From: Actinomycetota bacterium
Lineage (GTDB): Bacteria > Actinomycetota > UBA4738 > HRBIN12
Assembly: GCA_040882605.1 (NCBI GenBank)
Contig: JBBEAY010000062.1
Span: 4,661 to 68,660 of the forward strand
DNA length: 64,000 bases
Reading direction: 5' to 3'
Shown here: one piece after another, positions 54,874 through 62,863 of the stretch
Layout: each line of letters starts with the position of its first letter
Position numbering within the stretch: the stretch's first letter is position 1
The notes under the pieces: generated by a model
Told to the model about the DNA's origin: nothing
The model's database searches: none
Seen by the model: the letters and a program-made list of their open reading frames with translations, nothing else
Program-made: the position numbers and the translations under genes

Positions 54874-55773
54874 ATGGGTGAAGTCGTCGGCGCGGCCCTC
54901 GTGGCCCATGTGCCCACGATCATGCTGCCCGAGGAAACCCGCCGTGAGATCAACGATGGCAACGAGATCACGCTCGTGCCCGGTCTGCACCGGCTGAAGA
55001 GCGAGTGCCTCGACCGGCTGCAGCCCGACACCGTGATCGTGTTCGACACCCACTGGGAGTCGACGTTCGAGCACATCGTGACCTCGCACGAGCGCCGGCA
55101 GGGGAAGTTCACGAGCCACGAGCTTCCGCGCGGCATGAGTCAGATCCCGTACGACATGCCCGGCGACCCCAACCTCGCGAAGGCGATCGCGTCGCAGGCC
55201 GACGGCCGCGACGATTGCTGGATCCTCGCCTGCGATGACCCATACCTGCCGATCTTCTACGGCACCGTCAACGTCTGGACGTTCCTGGGCGACCCCAACA
55301 CCCGCTGGATCAGCGTCGCCATGAACCAGTGCTGCACGACCGATGACTTCCTGCTGTTCGGCAAGCTGATCGGCCACGCGATCGCACAGAGCGATCGCCG
55401 GGTCGTGTTGTTGGCGAGCGGGGGCATGACGCATCGGTTCTTCCCGTTCCAGGAGCTTCGCCAGCACGAGAGCTCGAAGGCGCCGGAGAACATCATGGGG
55501 CTCGAAAGCTACGAGGCCGACCAGCGTGTGATCTCGATGATGCGCGAGGGCGATCACGCCGGCGTGATCGACCGGATGCCCGAGTATCGCAAGGCCGCGC
55601 CCGAGGGGCACTTCGGCCACTACCTCATGATGGCGTCGGCGATCGGGGGCGCGCGGTGCCAGGCGCCCGGCGAGCTGTTCAGCGAGTACGAAGCTTCCGT
55701 CGGCACGGGCCAGGTGCACGTGTGGTTCGAGCGCCCCGCCGACGGTTGGACCGGAAAGGGAACGGCCGCCTGA
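54874..55773 (+). CDS. hpaD: Class-III (LigB-type) extradiol dioxygenase, homoprotocatechuate 2,3-dioxygenase (HpaD/HpcB)-like
   Basis: AHVPTIML..., VIVFDTHW, LASGGMTHRF and SVGTGQVHVWF parallel E. coli HpcB (ITHVPSMYL, IIVFDTHW, ASGSLSHRF, SSGTGQVNAVF) from memory. Confidence 0.75.
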   Translation: MGEVVGAALVAHVPTIMLPEETRREINDGNEITLVPGLHRLKSECLDRLQPDTVIVFDTHWESTFEHIVTSHERRQGKFTSHELPRGMSQIPYDMPGDPNLAKAIASQADGRDDCWILACDDPYLPIFYGTVNVWTFLGDPNTRWISVAMNQCCTTDDFLLFGKLIGHAIAQSDRRVVLLASGGMTHRFFPFQELRQHESSKAPENIMGLESYEADQRVISMMREGDHAGVIDRMPEYRKAAPEGHFGHYLMMASAIGGARCQAPGELFSEYEASVGTGQVHVWFERPADGWTGKGTAA

Positions 55774-55805
55774 CGGTGGCCGCGAACGGAGAAGGGGGGC
55801 TCCAC

Positions 55806-57281
55806 GTGTCAGAGCAGGACCAGGGATTGGGGTACGAACGGTTAGGGAAAGCCAGGCTATCGCTCGTCGACGTGCTCGCCCAGTCGGTGGGTTTTATGGG
55901 CCCGGTGTTCTCGGCGGCGTTCATCATCCCGCTGATCATCGGCGTCAACTTCGCGGCCAGAGGTGCCGGCACGTCTGCCGTGACGGCGGTGTTGCTCGCC
56001 GCCATCGGGGTCTTCGCGATCGGCTGGATCGTCGCGCAATACGCGAGACGCATCCACGCGGCGGGGTCGTTGTACGACTACGTCTCGGAAGGTCTGGGCT
56101 CGACCCTGGGCGCCGCTGGGGGTTGGTTGTACTACGCGGGCACGATCATCCTGACGGTCGGCCTCGGCGTGCTGCTCGGTGGGTTCATCAAAGACAGCCT
56201 GCTGACGGCGTTCGAGATCGACCTCGATATGCCGATCTGGCTCTGGGACGTTGTGGTGGCCGCCCTGCTGCTCGCGGTGCTCTACCTCGGCGTGCAGATC
56301 TCGACGAGGGTCCAGCTCGCGCTCGCTCTGATCTCGATCGCTGTGGTGCTGATCTTCTTCGTCACCGTGATCAGCAAGTTGGGAGACGCCAACGACTTCG
56401 CGAAGGTGGTGGATCCGAGTCCCGACGGCGGGTTCTCGGGCATCCTGTTCGGGGTCCTTTACGGCGTGCTGATCTTCGTCGGGTTCGAGACGGCGGCCAA
56501 CCTGGCTGAAGAGACTGCCGAGCCCGAGCGGTCGATCCCTCGAGCGGTGCTCGGAGCCGTGGTGCTGGTGTCGATCTTCTATGTGATCGCCGCCTACGTG
56601 GAGGTCGCCGGCTTCGGATTCGACCTCGCCGTGATCACGAGTCCGGAAGTTGCCGGAGCACCGCTGTTCGCGCTGGGAGCTCCGGGCGGTGAGTTCGGGT
56701 CGGAGTTCTGGCTCAAGGCCCTGATCCTGGTCGTCTTCCTCGACATGCTCGCCGTCTACGTGGGTGCGGGCGTGGCGTCCACCCGCGGCATGTTCGCGAT
56801 GGCTCGTGACCGTCGCCTTCCGGCACCGCTTGCCTCGGTCTCGCGAAGGTTCGGCACGCCCGCGGGCGCGATCGCGTTGTTGATCTTGATCCAGGGGCTG
56901 CTCATCGTGGCCAGCGAATCGACGGAGATCTTCGCGCTCGAAGGGTTCCCGCACTACTTCGCGCTCTTTGCATGGTGCTCGACGTTCGGCGGATTCGCAC
57001 TGCTGGTCGTGTACCTGTTGATGTCGATCGGTGCGCTGGCCACGATCGGCCGCCAGCCGAATCCCGCCGGTGTGGCGGTCGCGGCCATCCTAGGCATCGC
57101 CATCACGGCGGCGGCGATCTGGGGTTCCTTCTACAAGGTGCCTACACCCACGATCTGGGCGCCCCGGTACGCGTTGATCTGGTTCGTGATCGGATTGATC
57201 TACATGGTCATCGTGAAGGGAAGAGAGCCGGCCAGCCAGGTGCTCGGGGATCTGCACGAGCAGGGAGGCGTGACGAGCTGA
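55806..57281 (+). CDS. APC-superfamily amino-acid/amine permease
   Basis: 491 aa with about 12 TM segments and an APC-type N-terminus (LSLVDVLAQSVGFMGP...). A GGAGAAGGGGGG SD-like run precedes GTG 55806. Confidence 0.8.
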   Translation: MSEQDQGLGYERLGKARLSLVDVLAQSVGFMGPVFSAAFIIPLIIGVNFAARGAGTSAVTAVLLAAIGVFAIGWIVAQYARRIHAAGSLYDYVSEGLGSTLGAAGGWLYYAGTIILTVGLGVLLGGFIKDSLLTAFEIDLDMPIWLWDVVVAALLLAVLYLGVQISTRVQLALALISIAVVLIFFVTVISKLGDANDFAKVVDPSPDGGFSGILFGVLYGVLIFVGFETAANLAEETAEPERSIPRAVLGAVVLVSIFYVIAAYVEVAGFGFDLAVITSPEVAGAPLFALGAPGGEFGSEFWLKALILVVFLDMLAVYVGAGVASTRGMFAMARDRRLPAPLASVSRRFGTPAGAIALLILIQGLLIVASESTEIFALEGFPHYFALFAWCSTFGGFALLVVYLLMSIGALATIGRQPNPAGVAVAAILGIAITAAAIWGSFYKVPTPTIWAPRYALIWFVIGLIYMVIVKGREPASQVLGDLHEQGGVTS

Positions 57282-57305
57282 TCGGGGTGCCCCAAACCGG
57301 GAGTC

Positions 57306-58736
57306 ATGACTGACGACGAGCGACCGCTGCGGCTCGATGCGCCTCGCGAAGAGGCGCTCGAGCACGCGGCGCGCCTGGTCGCCGAGGCGTGGCGCAGCTT
57401 CGACCGTTTCCGGCCCGAGGAGCCGCCACTCGACGAGCGGGTGCGGCGGCTCCTCGAACGCGCGCTGCCGGGCGAGCCATCGCCCGTGCACGACGCGCTC
57501 GACGACGCCGCACGCATCCTCGACGAGTCGATCGCGCAGGCGCGCCCGAGGTACTTCGCGTTCATCGGTTCGAGCGGGCTCGAGATCGGGGCGCTCGGCG
57601 ACCTGCTCGCGCACACCTATGACATCAACCTCGCCGTCGACGCGCGCGCGGCCACGAAGATCGAAGACCAAGCCGTTCGGTGGGTGTCGGAGTTCGTCGG
57701 CTTCCCGTCGGCGGCGGGAGCGTTCACGAGCGGTGGCACAGTGAGCAACGTCACGGCGCTCGCCGCGGCTCGCGAGCGCGCGCTACCGGGTTCCCGGCAC
57801 GAAGGGCTCGCCGGAAGACGCGCCGCGGTCTACTGCTCGCAGGAGGTGCACTACTCGGTGACGCGCGCGGTAGAGCTGCTCGGCATCGGATCGGCGAACC
57901 TGCGACCGGTCGCGATCGACGGCATGCGCCGCATGCAACCCGGGGCGCTCGCCGACGCGCTCGCCGCGGATGTCGCCGAGGACATCACGCCGATCGCGGT
58001 GGTCGCCACCGCCGGCACCACACTCACCGGGGCGATCGACCCGCTCGACCCGCTCGCCGATGTCTGCGCTCGGCACGGCGTGTGGTTGCACGTCGACGGG
58101 GCGTACGGTCTTCCCGCGGCTACGGCCGGGTCTCGGGCCACGATGTTCGACGGGCTGGCGCGCGCCGATAGCTGCTCGATCGACGCGCACAAGTGGCTGT
58201 ATCTGCCGAAGGCCTGCGGGGTCGTGCTGGTTCGCGACGACGAGGCGCTGTCCGCGGCCTTCGCGCACGAGCAGGGGTACCTTCCGCACCAGCAGCACGA
58301 GCTTCATGCGGCCGACATCACCCTCGAGTACTCTCGGCCATTCCGGGCGTTGAAGCTCTGGCTGGCATTCCGGGCGCACGGCGCCGCGCAGTTCCGCGAC
58401 GCGATCGAACGCAACCTCACCGAGGCCGATCTGCTCTACCGCCGAGCGCAGGCGACCGAGGACTTCGAGGTGCTGGAAGCGCCGCCGCAGCTTTCGATCG
58501 TGCCGATCCGCCACGTGCCACCCGGTGTCGTCGACGTGAACGCCCACAACCAGGCGCTCGCGACCGCGATCCAGGCCGATGGGCGCGCCTACCTCTCGTC
58601 CGCCCTCATCGACGACGAGGTCTGGCTGCGGCCGTGTTTCGTGAACTTCCGCACGACGGAAGACGACGTGATCGCGCTGCTCGACGTCGCGCGCGAGCTC
58701 GGCGAGCGGCTCGCGCTCGAGGGAAGTCAGGCGTGA
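57306..58736 (+). CDS. Group-II PLP-dependent amino-acid decarboxylase (aromatic-L-amino-acid/tyrosine decarboxylase-like)
   Basis: GGTVSNVTALAAAR, HVDGAYG and SIDAHKWLYLPKACG (PLP-Lys motif). Confidence 0.8.
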   Translation: MTDDERPLRLDAPREEALEHAARLVAEAWRSFDRFRPEEPPLDERVRRLLERALPGEPSPVHDALDDAARILDESIAQARPRYFAFIGSSGLEIGALGDLLAHTYDINLAVDARAATKIEDQAVRWVSEFVGFPSAAGAFTSGGTVSNVTALAAARERALPGSRHEGLAGRRAAVYCSQEVHYSVTRAVELLGIGSANLRPVAIDGMRRMQPGALADALAADVAEDITPIAVVATAGTTLTGAIDPLDPLADVCARHGVWLHVDGAYGLPAATAGSRATMFDGLARADSCSIDAHKWLYLPKACGVVLVRDDEALSAAFAHEQGYLPHQQHELHAADITLEYSRPFRALKLWLAFRAHGAAQFRDAIERNLTEADLLYRRAQATEDFEVLEAPPQLSIVPIRHVPPGVVDVNAHNQALATAIQADGRAYLSSALIDDEVWLRPCFVNFRTTEDDVIALLDVARELGERLALEGSQA

Positions 58737-59281
58737 ACGCGTCGGCGCGGCCGGGCGACCGCCACCTGCCCGGCGAAGACGGCCTGCTGCCCGCCGAGCG
58801 CAAGGTGCGCGACGAGCTCGGGCATCTGCAGCTCGACTTCCGCGCGATGTGGGCGATCTCGAACCTGTTCCGCAGCTCGGTGGCGATCAGGCGACACATG
58901 GAAGGGAAGGTGCTCGCCCCCGACCGCCTGAGCTGGACCTCGTTCGTCGGCCTCTGGGTGCTGTGGGTGTGGGGCGAGATGGAAGCCCGCGAGTTCGCGG
59001 CCGCTGTCGGCATCAGCCGGCCCACAGCCACGGGCGTCATGGGCACGCTCGAATCGCGCGGGTACGTCTTGCGCCGCAAGGACCCCGATGACGGGCGCAT
59101 GGTGGTCGTGGAGCTCACTCCCGCCGGCCGCCGCACGATCGAGGTGCTGTTCCCGAAGTTCAACGCGGAAGAGAGCGCGGTCGCCGCCCACCTCGACGCG
59201 GCGCAGCAGGACGACCTCGCCACCATGCTTCGGTCGCTGCTTCGGGCGGTCGCGCCAGTCGGCGATCGTCCGGTAGTCTAG
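58733..59281 (+). CDS. MarR-family transcriptional regulator
   Basis: Winged-helix ...EAREFAAAVGISRPTATGVMGTLESRGYVLRRKDPDDGRMVVVELTPAGR. GTGA overlaps the decarboxylase stop. Confidence 0.8.
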   Translation: MNASARPGDRHLPGEDGLLPAERKVRDELGHLQLDFRAMWAISNLFRSSVAIRRHMEGKVLAPDRLSWTSFVGLWVLWVWGEMEAREFAAAVGISRPTATGVMGTLESRGYVLRRKDPDDGRMVVVELTPAGRRTIEVLFPKFNAEESAVAAHLDAAQQDDLATMLRSLLRAVAPVGDRPVV

Positions 59282-59287
59282 TACGGA

Positions 59288-60229
59288 CTAGTCTCGGGAG
59301 CATCGCTCGGCCGCGCCCTCGACGATGCGCCGCAGCAAGTCGGGGATCCCGGCTCGGTCGTCGGTGAACTGGCTCGGCTTGATGCAGATGGTTCCGAAGC
59401 CGCGAGCGACCTGATGCGGGATCTGGTCGAGGGCGTCGTCGAGGGGCGCCGGATGGGTCGCGTCGGGGAAGGCGCCGCGTGTGCCGCCGACCATCTCGAG
59501 ATCGCCGATGTCGCGCCCGGCCTCGGCCATCGCCGCGGCGAGCCGGGCCAGGTCGTCGTCACTCGGGCGTCCGAGCGGGTTGAAGCCGTGGCCGTAGGTG
59601 ACGAGGCGCCTCAGCAACCGGTCGTGCAGGCGTTGTCCGCCGAACCAAAGCCGTGGGCCATCGGGCCGGAACGGCTTCGGCTCGAGCCACACGTTCTCGA
59701 ACGGGTAGTGGCGCCCGCCGAACGAGGCGGGAGAGTCGCGCCACAACCGGGACCAGGCCTCGAGGTGCTCGTCGAGCCGCTCACCCCGCGACTCGAACGG
59801 CACGCCGAGCGCCTCGTACTCGGCCTGATGCCAGCTGACCGTGGACTGCACCACGAACCGGCCACCTGAGAGCAGGTCGAGCGTGGCGAGCTCCTTCGCG
59901 AGCGCGAGCGGGTGCCTGAGCGGGGGGATCACGGCGCTCGCGATCAGGCGCAGTCGCGTCGTGACCGAGGCGATGGCGGCGAGCAGCAGCAACGAGGAGG
60001 GCCACGGGGTCGCCGGGTCCTGGTTCCCGGGAAGCGCGTAGTCCCGTGGGTTCGCCGGCAGCCCGTGCGAGTCGGCGCCGAGCCCGAGCGCGATGTGCTC
60101 GCTCACCATGACGCCATCGAACCCGGCCCGCTCTGCCTCGACGGCCATGTCGACCAGGCCGCCGAGGTCGCGCGCCGGCACGAGCGCGTGGTTCTCGCTC
60201 AACACGAGCACGAGCCGCGGGGGCGTCAT
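59288..60229 (-). CDS. Luciferase-like monooxygenase (LLM) class oxidoreductase, probably F420-dependent
   Basis: ...AVEAERAGFDGVMVSEHI... and an overall LLM TIM-barrel pattern. 313 aa. It begins 10 nt after the stop codon of the upstream P450 on the minus strand. Confidence 0.75.
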   Translation of the reverse strand: MTPPRLVLVLSENHALVPARDLGGLVDMAVEAERAGFDGVMVSEHIALGLGADSHGLPANPRDYALPGNQDPATPWPSSLLLLAAIASVTTRLRLIASAVIPPLRHPLALAKELATLDLLSGGRFVVQSTVSWHQAEYEALGVPFESRGERLDEHLEAWSRLWRDSPASFGGRHYPFENVWLEPKPFRPDGPRLWFGGQRLHDRLLRRLVTYGHGFNPLGRPSDDDLARLAAAMAEAGRDIGDLEMVGGTRGAFPDATHPAPLDDALDQIPHQVARGFGTICIKPSQFTDDRAGIPDLLRRIVEGAAERCSRD

Positions 60230-60239
60230 GTCGACGCCG

Positions 60240-61487
60240 CTACTTCGTCGCGACGCGGACGGGCATGCGCTTGATGCCGTTCACGAAGTTCGACCGGATG
60301 CGCTCGACTCGGCCGGTGAGCTCGATCGTGTCGAGGCGAGGGATCAGTTCCTGGAACAGGATCTTCGTCTCGAGCCGCGCGAGGTGCGCGCCGAGGCAGA
60401 AATGCGGGCCGCCGGGTCCGAACGTGATGTGGTCGTTCGGCTTGCGCGTCACGTCGAAGGTGTAGGGGTCGGGGAACATCGCTTCGTCGCGGTTCGCGCT
60501 GATGAACCAGGTGACGACCTTGTCACCTTCCTTGATGAGCTGGCCGCGCATCTCGACGTCGCGGGTCGCCGTGCGCCGGAACTGCAAGACGGGAGTCGCC
60601 CACCGCAAGATCTCCTCGGTGGCGCTCGGGATCAGCTCCGGCTGGTCGCGCAGCAGCTGCAGCTGGTCGGGGTGCTCCATCAAGGCGAGCATGCCGTGGC
60701 TGATCGTGTGCCGGGTGGTCTCGTTGCCCGCGATCATCAGCACGCCGAAGTAGTTGTGGAACTCCGCTTCGTTCAGCACGCCCTCGCTCTGGGCGATCGT
60801 CAGCGCCTGCAGCACATCGTCGGCGGGTTCGGCGAGCCGCTCGTCGCGCTGGCGGTCGGCGTAGGCGAACACGTCGAGCGCGGTGGGGGAGCGGAACGGA
60901 AAGAGCCGGTACGCCTCGGTGTCGACCTTGTCGATCACGGCGAATGACAGATCGGGGTCCTGGTTCGCGATCATGCTGTCGCCCCACGAGATGAGCTGCG
61001 GCGCGTCTTCCTGCGGCACGGTGAAGATCGAGCAGAGGAAGCGGATCGGCAGGTCGCGGCTGATCTCGCTCACGAAGTCGAACTCGCCCTTGGGAAGCGC
61101 GTCGTCGAGCACGTCGCGTGCGACCTCGCGGATCCAGTCCTCGTACTTGCCGACGCCGCGGGCACTGAAGCGCTTCGAGCAGATCTTGCGGAGCTCGGTG
61201 TGGCGGGGCGGGTCAGTCTCGAGCATCGACTTGCGCACCTCGAGCTGTTCCTCGTCGAGCTCCTCGAGGGAAACCGCGCCGAGCTCGGAGGAGAACGTCT
61301 CCCAGTCCATGTGCACGCGGGTGAGGTCGTCGTAGCGCGTGACAGCCCAGAAGCCCTTGTTCGGCGCGGGCTCGGGGTGCCAGATCACCGGGTGCTCGGC
61401 ACGCAGATGATCGAACCACTCGAACGGCACTCGCTCCGCGTACGTGTCGGGGTTGATCAAATCGATGTCGCCCAGCGTGTCGGCCAT
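60240..61487 (-). CDS. Cytochrome P450 (CYP124/125/142-like by N-terminal pattern)
   Basis: GFWAVTRYDDL, I-helix LMIAGNETT, ExxR and heme loop FGPGGPHFCLGAHLA. GAAGGGGGA SD precedes ATG 61487. The track ORF is over-extended by 56 aa. Confidence 0.85.
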   Translation of the reverse strand: MADTLGDIDLINPDTYAERVPFEWFDHLRAEHPVIWHPEPAPNKGFWAVTRYDDLTRVHMDWETFSSELGAVSLEELDEEQLEVRKSMLETDPPRHTELRKICSKRFSARGVGKYEDWIREVARDVLDDALPKGEFDFVSEISRDLPIRFLCSIFTVPQEDAPQLISWGDSMIANQDPDLSFAVIDKVDTEAYRLFPFRSPTALDVFAYADRQRDERLAEPADDVLQALTIAQSEGVLNEAEFHNYFGVLMIAGNETTRHTISHGMLALMEHPDQLQLLRDQPELIPSATEEILRWATPVLQFRRTATRDVEMRGQLIKEGDKVVTWFISANRDEAMFPDPYTFDVTRKPNDHITFGPGGPHFCLGAHLARLETKILFQELIPRLDTIELTGRVERIRSNFVNGIKRMPVRVATK

Positions 61488-61640
61488 GCGGTAGGTTCCC
61501 CCTTCGGTGCGGCGCGGGTATTTTGCTACCGAACGACCATACGGGCAAATCAGGTGTTGCCGGGAACGAGGATCTCCGAAGAATCTCGCGACCTTGCCCC
61601 GCACGTGACGCACGTCACTGAACCGAGGTGCGGTTCCCTC

Positions 61641-61646
61641 TACCTT
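61641..61646 (+). promoter_or_regulatory. Putative -10 (TACCTT) for leaderless DUF222-HNH gene
   Basis: TANNNT hexamer 7 nt upstream of ATG 61654, with no SD. Confidence 0.3.
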
Positions 61647-61653
61647 CGGACAC

Positions 61654-62808
61654 ATGTTCGAGCTGAGGGAAACCGCGGGTCCAGGTTCGCCGGTGACGAG
61701 CGATGAGCAGCTGCTCGCCCGCGCCGACCAGCTGAACGCGACCGTGAGCAGAGCCCAGCGTGAGCTGTTCGCCCTGCTCCGGGAGATCGATCGTCGTGAG
61801 GCATGGAGGGCAGACGGCGCCCAGAGCCTCGCCCAGTGGGTCTCGATCCGCTACGGCATCTCCAACTGGAAGGCCGAGCGCTGGGTCGGGGCCGCAGAAG
61901 CGCTCGAGTCTCTGCCCCTGGTGGCTCGGGCGTTCACCTCAGGAGAGCTCGGTATCGACAAGGTGGTCGAGCTCACCCGGTTCGCCACCCCCGAGACAGA
62001 AGCCGACCTGATCTCATGGGCCTACGAGCGAGCCTCAGGTGCGATCAAGCGCCGGGGTGACCTCGAACGCCGCCGTGAGCGTCAAGAGACGCTCTCGGCA
62101 GAGCGTGAGCGGTCCCTGAGCTGGTGGTACTCAGACGACGGCACCCGGTTCGGTCTCGAGGCAGAGCTCCCCGCAGACCAAGGAGCGGTCGTGGCGAAGG
62201 CGCTCGGTCACCTCGCGGACTCGATACCGCTCACCCCGGGTAGCGACCACCCCTACCCTGCCGATGCACGACGGGCCGATGCGCTCGTCATGCTCTGCTC
62301 AGGGTCTATCTCCTCCGATCCCGACCAGGATCGGGCCACCGTGGTGGTGCACACAAAGCTCGAGACGCTGCTCGGTGCTCCCGGTGCTCCCGGTGCTCCC
62401 AACGGCGAGGTCGAGGACGGTCCGGTGATCACACCCGAGACCGTGCAGCGCCTGGCGTGTGACTCGAGGCTCCAGGTCGTAACAGAAGATGCAGTCGGCA
62501 ACCCTCTCAGGCTCGGCAGGCTCACCCGCACCCCGTCTGCCGCCATGGTGCGCGCACTGCGCCACCGCGACCGGGAGTGCCGGTTCCCCGGCTGCGGCAG
62601 ACGGCGGTTCACCGCCGCGCATCACGTCAGGTGGTGGTCCCGAGGCGGCCGAACCGATCTCGAGAACCTCGTGCTGCTCTGCGGCTTCCACCACCGCCTC
62701 GTGCACGAGGGTGGATGGAAGCTGAGGCTCGATCCCGACATGACCGTCCGATGGTCCCGGCCGAACGGATCGCGCTACCGAGGAGGCCCGGCGCCGCCGA
62801 GTGGGTGA
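61654..62808 (+). CDS. DUF222 domain + HNH endonuclease (13E12-repeat-type protein)
   Basis: N-terminal DUF222 pattern (LREIDRREAWRADGAQSLAQWVS...). C-terminal HNH region RDRECRFPGCGRRRFTAAHHVRWWSRGGRTDLENLVLLCGFHHRLVHEGGW. Confidence 0.85.
   Translation: MFELRETAGPGSPVTSDEQLLARADQLNATVSRAQRELFALLREIDRREAWRADGAQSLAQWVSIRYGISNWKAERWVGAAEALESLPLVARAFTSGELGIDKVVELTRFATPETEADLISWAYERASGAIKRRGDLERRRERQETLSAERERSLSWWYSDDGTRFGLEAELPADQGAVVAKALGHLADSIPLTPGSDHPYPADARRADALVMLCSGSISSDPDQDRATVVVHTKLETLLGAPGAPGAPNGEVEDGPVITPETVQRLACDSRLQVVTEDAVGNPLRLGRLTRTPSAAMVRALRHRDRECRFPGCGRRRFTAAHHVRWWSRGGRTDLENLVLLCGFHHRLVHEGGWKLRLDPDMTVRWSRPNGSRYRGGPAPPSG
62374..62400 (+). repeat. Perfect 3 x 9-bp tandem repeat GGTGCTCCC (encodes GAPGAPGAP) inside the DUF222-HNH gene
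   Basis: Read directly from the sequence. It is in frame, in the linker between the DUF222 and HNH regions. Confidence 0.9.
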
Positions 62809-62863
62809 ATCGCCCCGCCGCCCCGGTTGAGCTCGCATCGCTGCGGCGTGGCTTCCCGCTGCC

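Noticed and set aside
59274-59295. Small AT-richer hairpin TAGTC-7 nt-GACTA, plus a TAGTCT direct repeat, in the 6-nt gap between the convergent MarR and LLM genes. I considered it as a possible bidirectional terminator.
   Set aside because: The stem is only 5 bp and is built largely from the two stop codons (TAG and CTA) themselves, with no U-tract. It is probably coincidental.
61488-61649. Similar segments GGTAGGTTCCCCCTTCGGTGCGG (61491-61513) and GGTGCGGTTCCCTCTACCTTCGG (61627-61649) at the two ends of the P450/HNH intergenic region. I considered them as a possible target-site duplication from HNH-gene insertion. I also noted the GTGACG-ca-CGTCAC palindrome at 61605-61618.
   Set aside because: The similarity is short and imperfect. 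One copy is simply the SD region of the P450 read on the other strand. I cannot separate it from chance without paralog comparisons.
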